Positions 57,223 through 64,000 of a DNA stretch of 64,000 nt are shown piece by piece. A program made the translations under genes and the position numbers. Location: assembly GCA_044230345.1 (NCBI GenBank), contig JBGARF010000002.1:193291-257290 (forward strand). Direction: 5' to 3'. The DNA comes from Limisphaerales bacterium. Lineage in GTDB: Bacteria; Verrucomicrobiota; Verrucomicrobiia; Limisphaerales; JADJPG01. Below the pieces are notes generated by a model. That model ran no database searches, was not told where the DNA came from, and was given only the letters and a program-made list of their open reading frames with translations. Within the stretch, counting starts at the first letter, position 1, and each line of letters begins with the position of its first letter.

Positions 57223-60200
57223 ACTACGCAGCTGTTTCGAGTCTGATGCCACCAATCTGCTCCAGCGCCTGCAGGAATGCCTCGAGCTCCTGACGCGCGA
57301 GGAGATCCAAGTCGACCAGTTCGAGGTGGCCCAGGAACTTGCCCACACGCTGCGCGGGGCCGCCGCCCTGATCGGAGCCCACTCCATCGCCCGCGTCACC
57401 GGTGATTTCATGCGCCTCTTTGAAATCGCTGACACCTTCAAATTCTCAGCCCTCGACCGCGCCCAAGCCATCTTTCAGTTCGCCCGGCAAAGCCTCGACC
57501 CCCTGCTCTCCGCGGTGGTCGACTGCCTGGCCGACAACCTCGATGCGATGGACCGGACCTGCGACGGCATCCACGAGGCAATCCTCGCGGAATGGGGCGA
57601 CTATTTCTATCAGCAGAACGCCGAGCCCGCAGCCGACACGATCACTCACGCTCAGCCAACTCCGACTCCACCGGCGTCCCCGGAGGATTCAACGGCCAGC
57701 CTGGTCAACGATTTCCTCAACGCCTTTCCGGAAAATGCCGAGCCGACTCCACCAGCCCCAGCCGGTGTTCCCACGTTAACTGTCCTGCCCGACCCCGAAC
57801 CGGCCGACGCCAACCTTCAGCCGGGCGTTGTCGTGGATGATTTCCTCACCGCCGTCGGTGACGGAATCACGCACCAGTCCACTCCGGGCACCACCAGCCC
57901 GGACCCGGTGGGTTTCCTGCCCAGCGACGCCGCGGGCGCCCCTTCCCTCGACACCACGGCGAGCCCCGGGGTCGAGCCCGCCACCGCCGAGGCGAACCCG
58001 CCCGAAGCCGCTTCCACCCGCGGGCTGGCCGAGGATTTTCTGGGCGCTGTCAGCAGCGCGCGCACCGACGAAGGCAACTCGATCGACGACTTTATCGCGA
58101 GCGTTGAACCCGCACCTGCTCCGGTGGCGACTCCCGAAAAGCCCGCGCCCCCGCGCGCGCCGGGCCCTGCCGCGGCCCCGACGGCGGAACCCGCCTTGGA
58201 GGTCGAAGCCGACCTGCTCCCGTTCTTCTACGAAGACGCGTTGACGAACCTCGAATCGATGGAGACGGCACTTCATCGGTGGGAGGACGACGCCTCCGAC
58301 AACGCGTCGTTGCAAGCCATCTACCGGCACACGCACACCATCAAGGGAGCCGCGAACAGCACCGGCCTGCTCGCCATCGGGCGCCTGGCCCACACGGTCG
58401 AGGACGCGCTCGAGGAACGGATCGAAGGCCGGCTCGTCGTCGACCACCACGCGTTGGTTAATTTGATTTACGGGCTGGCTGACGCCATCAAGGCGGGCAT
58501 CCGCGAGCTGCAAAAATCCGGTCGGCTGGCCGAATCGCAGGGCATCTTCGACCGCGTTTGCACTCAGGTGCAAACGCTGCGGGCGACCGCCACCCCCTCC
58601 GCCGAAACGACTGAGCCGTCCGCCGCCGAGACCGGAGAATCCGCCTCGGCCGCGAAGCCAGGCCGGTCACGAAAAAAATCGAAAGCCGCCCCGGCCGCAC
58701 ACCCAGTGCCCGAGCCCGAACGGATCTCGGAGCCATCCTCTGCTCCGGCCGTTGCAGCCGAGCCGGCCGCAGCCCAGTCGGCAGCACCTGCGGATGTCAC
58801 CTCCGGAGAACGGCAACCCCCGGCCCGCGCGGACCGAAACGCCTTGCGCGTGGAAAAGGAGGGAGCTGAAACCCTGGAACAACAGTCGATCCGCATCACC
58901 TCCCAACGGCTCGACGCGCTGATGAATCTGATCGGGGAGCTGGTGGTCAACCGCACGCGCCTCGACAAGAAAATCGTCGACATTGCCCGCCTCAAGGAGG
59001 AGCTCAATTTCTGCAAAGCCCGTCTCCTCGATTCCATCGGCGGCTTTCAGGAACGCTTCGAGTATTCACGCCGCCAGAAGCAGCGGCCGGGCGGACGAAA
59101 CCGCAATGACCTCGCCGCCTTGGGCCTCGGACCGGTGGCGCCGGGACCGGCCACGAACCCCTCCGCGCCCGGCGATTTCTCGGAGCTGGAATTTGATCGC
59201 TACGACGACTTCAACATCCTCGCCCGATCGCTGATTGAAATCGGCAATGACACCTCGGAGATCATCAGCCAGCTGGACCTGTTGTTCGGCTCGTTCAGCG
59301 AGGAATCCGGCCAGTTCAACAAGACCACCACCGAACTGCAAAATGAAGTGACCCGTGTGCGCATGGTGCCGCTCACGTTCCTCTTCCGGCGCCTGCAGCG
59401 CGCCGTTCGCGACGCCGCCCACCGGGAGCAAAAGCAGGTCGAGTTCGCCGTTTCCGGCAGCGAAACCCAGCTGGACAAGGTGATCGTCGATCAGATCTAT
59501 CCCCCGCTCCTTCACCTCGTCCGCAACGCCGTCTCGCACGGCCTCGAAACCAGCGAAGCACGGCAGAAGCACGGCAAGCCGTCCTCCGGACGCGTCTCGG
59601 TCAAGGCCTACCAGCAGGCCAATCAGGTCATCATTGAAGTGGCCGACGACGGACGCGGGCTGAACTTCGAAGCGATTCGCGCCACCGCCATCCGCCAGGG
59701 ATTGCTCAACGCCGAGGCCAATCCCCACGACGAAGAACTGACCAACCTCATCTTCCGGCCCGGCTTCTCCACCGCCCAGACCGTGAGCGAGGTCTCCGGG
59801 CGCGGCGTGGGCATGGACGTCGTCATGGCCGTGGTCTCCCGCCTCAACGGCACGGTCGCCGTCGAATCACGCCCCGGCGCCGGCTGCCTGTTCATTCTTC
59901 GCCTGCCGCTCACGCTCGCCATCAACCAGGCCATGATGATCTCGGTGGGCGAGGCGACCTACGCCATCCCGCTCAGTTTCGTCGAGCACATCGTCCCGTT
60001 CCAGGCCGGGTCCGTGCATGTTTCGGGCGACACCGAACTGTGGGTTTTCCGCGACCTCTCCATGCCGCTCGTCCGGCTCGAACGCTTGTTCGGGCTGCCG
60101 CCCGTCGAAGCTTCGCACGCCACGGTCGTGCAGGTCCGCGTCGCCAACAAAGTCCTCGCCCTGCTCGTCGGCACCCAACTCAGCAAACAGGACATCGTCG

Positions 60201-60763
60201 TCAAGTCGCTCGGCCGCCTGCTCAATGGGCACCGCTACTTCTCCGGCGCCACGCTCTCCGGCGATGGCAATGTCATTCTGATCCTCGACCTGCCCGGCAT
60301 CGAAGCCGCCGTCCGCGGCACCGCCGTGGCCGCCCTCCGCTCCGACACCCCAGCCTTCACCACCCGCACCACCTCCGCCGGCGAAAAACGCCGCGTGCTC
60401 GTGGTCGACGACTCCCTCAGCGTCCGCAAGGTCGCGGAGAAATATCTCCAGGCGCTCGGCTACGAATCCGTCCTGGCCGTCGACGGCCTCGACGCCCTGG
60501 AAAAGCTGCGCACGGAGACGGTCTCGCTTGTCATGACCGATCTGGAAATGCCGCGCATGCACGGGTTCGAACTCATCGCCGAGATCCGCCACCAGCCCGC
60601 CCTCAATCATCTGCCGATCATCGTGGTGACGTCGCGCGACGCGGAAAAACACCGGGCCCGGGCGCGGGAACTCGGCGCCAACGACTACATCACCAAGCCG
60701 TTTTCTCGCGATCAGCTCTCGCAACGCCTCGAACAAATCTTCGGCGCCGTGGTCGCCGCCTGA
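57197..60763 (+). CDS. cheA: hybrid chemotaxis histidine kinase CheA with two HPt-like domains, CheW-like domain and C-terminal receiver (ChpA position)
   Basis: The ATG at 57197 (MSLFRNNPEL) is in frame with ORF 56771..60763; the upstream extension overlaps cheR. HPt motifs AHTLRGAAALIG and THTIKGAANSTG are separated by a Pro/Ala-rich linker. Kinase core HLVRNAVSHGLE, DDGRGLN, GRGVGMDVV. CheW-like ATYAIPLSFVE. Receiver RVLVVDDSLSVRK..LVMTDLEMPRMHG..ITKPF. Confidence 0.92.
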   Translation: MSLFRNNPELRSCFESDATNLLQRLQECLELLTREEIQVDQFEVAQELAHTLRGAAALIGAHSIARVTGDFMRLFEIADTFKFSALDRAQAIFQFARQSLDPLLSAVVDCLADNLDAMDRTCDGIHEAILAEWGDYFYQQNAEPAADTITHAQPTPTPPASPEDSTASLVNDFLNAFPENAEPTPPAPAGVPTLTVLPDPEPADANLQPGVVVDDFLTAVGDGITHQSTPGTTSPDPVGFLPSDAAGAPSLDTTASPGVEPATAEANPPEAASTRGLAEDFLGAVSSARTDEGNSIDDFIASVEPAPAPVATPEKPAPPRAPGPAAAPTAEPALEVEADLLPFFYEDALTNLESMETALHRWEDDASDNASLQAIYRHTHTIKGAANSTGLLAIGRLAHTVEDALEERIEGRLVVDHHALVNLIYGLADAIKAGIRELQKSGRLAESQGIFDRVCTQVQTLRATATPSAETTEPSAAETGESASAAKPGRSRKKSKAAPAAHPVPEPERISEPSSAPAVAAEPAAAQSAAPADVTSGERQPPARADRNALRVEKEGAETLEQQSIRITSQRLDALMNLIGELVVNRTRLDKKIVDIARLKEELNFCKARLLDSIGGFQERFEYSRRQKQRPGGRNRNDLAALGLGPVAPGPATNPSAPGDFSELEFDRYDDFNILARSLIEIGNDTSEIISQLDLLFGSFSEESGQFNKTTTELQNEVTRVRMVPLTFLFRRLQRAVRDAAHREQKQVEFAVSGSETQLDKVIVDQIYPPLLHLVRNAVSHGLETSEARQKHGKPSSGRVSVKAYQQANQVIIEVADDGRGLNFEAIRATAIRQGLLNAEANPHDEELTNLIFRPGFSTAQTVSEVSGRGVGMDVVMAVVSRLNGTVAVESRPGAGCLFILRLPLTLAINQAMMISVGEATYAIPLSFVEHIVPFQAGSVHVSGDTELWVFRDLSMPLVRLERLFGLPPVEASHATVVQVRVANKVLALLVGTQLSKQDIVVKSLGRLLNGHRYFSGATLSGDGNVILILDLPGIEAAVRGTAVAALRSDTPAFTTRTTSAGEKRRVLVVDDSLSVRKVAEKYLQALGYESVLAVDGLDALEKLRTETVSLVMTDLEMPRMHGFELIAEIRHQPALNHLPIIVVTSRDAEKHRARARELGANDYITKPFSRDQLSQRLEQIFGAVVAA

Positions 60764-60768
60764 CCCGG

Positions 60769-61977
60769 ATGAACCGCGACGCACGCCCAGCAAACCCGCC
60801 GCCCGCCCGGCCCCACCCGGCCGCCCCCACGGCGCCCGGGGCCAAAGCGCCGACCCGCGTCCTGGTCGTGGACGACTCGCCCTTCATGCAGCGTCGGCTG
60901 ACCGAGATCCTCGAACACGCGCCCGACCTGCGCGTCGTCGGCCGGGCCCAACACGGCGGCGAAGCCGTCACTCTCGCCGAACGCCTCCAACCCGACGTCA
61001 TCACCATGGACCTGAACATGCCGCACATGGACGGCTTGCAGGCCATCGACGTCATCATGCGAACGTCGCCCCGCCCAATCGTGGTCATCAGCTCGCACAC
61101 GCGACGGTCGGCCCGCGCGGCCTTCGATGCTCTCGAGGCCGGTGCCGTTGAGATCGTGGCCAAGCCGTCGGATCGCAGCGTCTCGCTGGACCTCGATTCG
61201 GTCGCGGAGGAAATCGTGCGCAAGGTCCGTCAGGCCTCACGCATCCGCGTGGTCCGCTCGCGTTCAACCCCGGCGCCGTCCTCACCCCGACCGCCCGCGG
61301 CCGCCACCGCACCTGCCGCCCCGGCCGGACGATCGCCACTCGGCCCGCTCCGCTCCCGCGAGAATCTCGATCGCCCCGCGCTAATCGCCATCGGCAGCTC
61401 CACGGGCGGGCCCGTGGCATTGCGTCAGATTTTCCAGGCCATCCGTCACTCCAATCTTCCGCCGGTGCTGATCGTGCAGCATCTGCCTCCCGGGTTTACC
61501 CGAGACCTGGCCAGCCAACTGAACGCGCTCTCACCCATCGAGGTGGTGGAGGCCGCGCCCGGGCAAGTCCCGCAGCCGGGCGTGGCCTACGTGGCCCCCG
61601 GCGGCCAACACCTGGTATTCGGACCGGATGGCCATTTGGCCCTGAGCCAGGCACCACCCGTCCGGCACTGCCGCCCGTCGGTCGATGTCCTGTTCGAATC
61701 CGTGGCCGGCCACGTCGGCGCCCATGCACTGGGTGTGGTCCTGACTGGGATGGGGGACGACGGAACCAATGGCGCCACTGCGCTGCGGCGCGCGGGTGCC
61801 CGCGTCATCGCCCAGGACGAAGCCACGTCGCTGGTCTACGGCATGCCCAAAGCCGCCGCCGACGCGGGGGCCGTCGATGCGATACTTCCGCTGGATGCCA
61901 TCATCGTACAAATCGCCGCGCTCGCCGAACCGGCACCGGACGCGCCGCGGCTGTCACCACAGCTCTCCACGCCATGA
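60769..61977 (+). CDS. cheB: chemotaxis response regulator protein-glutamate methylesterase CheB (ChpB position)
   Basis: The ATG at 60769 is in frame with ORF 60040..61977. Pro-rich leader, then receiver RVLVVDDSPFMQRR..DVITMDLNMPHMDG. Esterase triad contexts GSSTGGP, VQHLPPGFT, GMGDDGT. Confidence 0.9.
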   Translation: MNRDARPANPPPARPHPAAPTAPGAKAPTRVLVVDDSPFMQRRLTEILEHAPDLRVVGRAQHGGEAVTLAERLQPDVITMDLNMPHMDGLQAIDVIMRTSPRPIVVISSHTRRSARAAFDALEAGAVEIVAKPSDRSVSLDLDSVAEEIVRKVRQASRIRVVRSRSTPAPSSPRPPAAATAPAAPAGRSPLGPLRSRENLDRPALIAIGSSTGGPVALRQIFQAIRHSNLPPVLIVQHLPPGFTRDLASQLNALSPIEVVEAAPGQVPQPGVAYVAPGGQHLVFGPDGHLALSQAPPVRHCRPSVDVLFESVAGHVGAHALGVVLTGMGDDGTNGATALRRAGARVIAQDEATSLVYGMPKAAADAGAVDAILPLDAIIVQIAALAEPAPDAPRLSPQLSTP

Positions 61978-63077
61978 ACGCCGCCCTTGCCCTCAATGCA
62001 AACCGCCCGGCCGGCAGCAGCAGCAGCCGCGCGCCCGGTCCGTCCGGTCATTCCCAGCGGGCCGAACACTTGATCATTCGGGTCAACGTCTTGCTTTACG
62101 CCATCCCCCTCGACGCCTTTGAACAGGTGGCCGTGGGCACGTTTCGCGAAGAGTCGGTGCCAGAGCTGTCGGCCTGGCGTGGCACCGCGCAATGGAACGG
62201 CAGCACCGTGCCCGCCCTGGACCTCCATCGCCTGCTCGATCCCGGCTGCGCCCTCGCGCCTACTCCGATCTCGACGACGTCGCGTCTGGTCATCTTTCCC
62301 GTCGACAACTTTCGTTGCGCCCTCCTCGTTGACGCCTGCGTCGGGTCGTTTGGTCTCAGCCGGGTCGAAGGCCTGCATCTGAACCGCACCCATCTGCTGT
62401 CCGAGCCGCTGGCGGGCTACGGCGAAATCTTCCAGTGGCGTGACGAACTCGTGGTCCGCATTCGCCCGGCCGATTTGTTTCGCCCGCAAGTATTGACCCG
62501 GCTGCGTGCCCGCCTGGCGCAGGTGGATCCCCGCATCGCCCTGTCCGCCGACGGTCGGGCCCAGGCCGCGCGTCTGCAACAGGAGGAGCAGAGCCTTGAG
62601 TTTGACTGGTCGCCCGAGCTCTGTCGGGACCTGGCGCGGCAGTACCACGAACTGGGCCTGGCGCCCGACGCCCAACGATTGGAACGCCTGGCGGCGCAAC
62701 GCAACAACGCGTCCTCGCGTCAAACGCCGGAACGCAGACTGGAGGGAGAACTCAAAGGGCACGGACTCGTCCAGGCGCTCCAGGTCATCGGCGTCCGCCG
62801 GCTGAGCGGCGAGCTGTTCATCGAGTCGGGTGAGCACGGAGCCCACTTGTTTTTCGATGTGGGCCGACCGATCCGCGCCACGTCCAAGGCGAAAGCCGGC
62901 AACGCTGTGCTGGACGAGGCCGCCCACTGGCCGAGCGGCCGCTACCGGTTCACGGAACAGTCCGTGCGCAATCTCACCGGCAATCTGGAGGGTTCCCCGG
63001 AAACCGCCAGCTGGATTCAGCGGCTGCTGTCGCCGTCCGGCAACCCAACCCCGACCGCCGCCTTGCCTAACGCATGA
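61974..63077 (+). CDS. CheW-like domain fused to a C-terminal PATAN/DUF4388-like domain (ChpC position)
   Basis: ATGA overlap with cheB. CheW-like LIIRVNVLLYAIPLDAFEQV..WRGTAQWNGSTVPALDLHRLL. C-terminal LKGHGLVQALQVIGVRRLSGELFIESGEHGAHLFFDVGRPIRATSKAKAGNAVLDEAAHWPSGRYRF. Confidence 0.8.
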   Translation: MNAALALNANRPAGSSSSRAPGPSGHSQRAEHLIIRVNVLLYAIPLDAFEQVAVGTFREESVPELSAWRGTAQWNGSTVPALDLHRLLDPGCALAPTPISTTSRLVIFPVDNFRCALLVDACVGSFGLSRVEGLHLNRTHLLSEPLAGYGEIFQWRDELVVRIRPADLFRPQVLTRLRARLAQVDPRIALSADGRAQAARLQQEEQSLEFDWSPELCRDLARQYHELGLAPDAQRLERLAAQRNNASSRQTPERRLEGELKGHGLVQALQVIGVRRLSGELFIESGEHGAHLFFDVGRPIRATSKAKAGNAVLDEAAHWPSGRYRFTEQSVRNLTGNLEGSPETASWIQRLLSPSGNPTPTAALPNA

Positions 63078-63592
63078 ACGCCTCAGCCCACCTTGCCGTT
63101 GCCGCTTCCCACGCGCCCGCCCGATCCACTTCGAGTGCGGGGCAAATCCTGACCTTCGCCCGGGGCCATCACTCCTTTGCGGCCGATGTGTCCGGCATCC
63201 GGGAAATTCGCCGGTTCGATCGAATCCGCCCCCTCGTCCTCGCCATTCCCACGCTGGCCGGCTTTGTCAGCCTGCGCGATCAGGTGCTGCCCGTGTTTGA
63301 GCCACTCGCCTTTATCGATCAGCGCGCGCCGGCAATTTCCGCACCGTTGACCGCCTGCGTCTGCGGCGATCAGGAAACCGCCCAGTTCTGCCTGGCCGTG
63401 GACCGCATCGAAGCGCACGTCCGACTCGACGCCGGATGGCACGAGTCCGCCCCGGCCGGCTCCTCGGAGTTCATCGTCGGCCGCCGCCAGTTCAGCCCCG
63501 GCCAAAGCTCGCTCGTCATCGATCTCGAGCGAATCCGCCAGTTGCTGAGAGCGCCGGCCCTTTCGCGACGCACCTCCGACTACTCGCCATGA
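63074..63592 (+). CDS. cheW: CheW-like coupling protein
   Basis: ATGA overlap with the upstream gene. QILTFARGHHSFAADVSGIREI...LAGFVSLRDQVLPVFEPLAFI. Confidence 0.8.
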   Translation: MNASAHLAVAASHAPARSTSSAGQILTFARGHHSFAADVSGIREIRRFDRIRPLVLAIPTLAGFVSLRDQVLPVFEPLAFIDQRAPAISAPLTACVCGDQETAQFCLAVDRIEAHVRLDAGWHESAPAGSSEFIVGRRQFSPGQSSLVIDLERIRQLLRAPALSRRTSDYSP

Positions 63593-63975
63593 AGCCGCCC
63601 ACTGCAGCCGGGTCGGATGCCCAGTTCTACGACTGGATCCGGGAACATTGCCACCAGCCAGGGGTCACCGGCGTCGCCCTCTGCCAACCGGACCAGACGC
63701 TGCTCGCCGCTTCTTTCGATGTGGAATTTACCGAGGAACGGCTCCGCATCATTTGGCCCGCGGCCAGTCAGTGCATCACGGCCGTCCGGCAACAAGGCGG
63801 GCCCGCCCGCGAGTTTCTCTGGCAGGGTCGCCAGCGCACATTCTGGATCACGGTCCGTCCCGACGGCGCCTGCCTTGGATGGCTGCACCATCGCGATCTG
63901 GGGACCGAAAGCAGGAAACGCTTGGAGGAAGCCACCGCCGCCTTTCAGGGCCTGGTCCCCGCCGCGAGTGCGTAA
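63589..63975 (+). CDS. hypothetical protein (128 aa), last gene of the chemosensory operon in this window
   Basis: The ATG at 63589 overlaps the cheW stop (ATGA) and is in frame with ORF 63436..63975. No recognisable motif. Confidence 0.55.
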   Translation: MKPPTAAGSDAQFYDWIREHCHQPGVTGVALCQPDQTLLAASFDVEFTEERLRIIWPAASQCITAVRQQGGPAREFLWQGRQRTFWITVRPDGACLGWLHHRDLGTESRKRLEEATAAFQGLVPAASA

Positions 63976-64000
63976 AAGCCCCGGAACCGCCCCGTCCCCA

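Overview
This is a 64-kb, high-GC chromosomal segment (spot counts about 70% GC in typical genes). Its gene content looks like a PVC-superphylum genome, most like Verrucomicrobiota. That placement is an inference from the autotransporter-associated beta-strand-repeat giants, the ECF-sigma/Ser-Thr-kinase-WD40 pair and the PA14/multi-haem cytochrome. Block 1 (0.2-34.2 kb) holds very large secreted or surface proteins: a ~2250-aa PA14/beta-strand-repeat protein, a BspA-type LRR protein, a GH44-like glycosidase, a 1918-aa protein with an M4 thermolysin-type domain, and a 1717-aa metzincin-LamG protein. These are interleaved with two paralogous ECF sigma factors, two membrane Ser/Thr kinases with WD40 propellers, and tRNA-Leu(CAG). 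Block 2 (34.2-44.9 kb) holds a YdjM-like hydrolase, an 880-bp non-coding repeat array, a five-CxxCH cytochrome c with an embedded PA14 domain plus a beta-propeller dehydrogenase-like gene, an Ig-domain protein, and thiC behind a TPP riboswitch. Block 3 (44.9-64 kb) is a divergent chemosensory supercluster. One arm is an operon in Pil-Chp gene order (cheY-cheY-cheW-mcp-cheR-cheA(REC)-cheB-cheW-cheW). It is preceded and faced by four REC-PATAN (DUF4388-like) response regulators and also carries a CheW-PATAN fusion. A histidine kinase with a degenerate receiver sits at the far end. Block 3 is my best candidate for an undescribed system. Several intergenic repeat families are visible: a GGTTCATG-palindrome element, a TIR-bounded MITE-like element, and GGGGAGAGG-hairpin foldback modules. 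A recurrent ~65-75-aa module ending in FYR closes (or nearly closes) six of the large secreted proteins. Many long antisense or alternative-frame ORFs in the track are high-GC artefacts. Several ORF-track starts are over-extended and I trimmed them. All domain calls come from motif recognition by eye; no searches were run.
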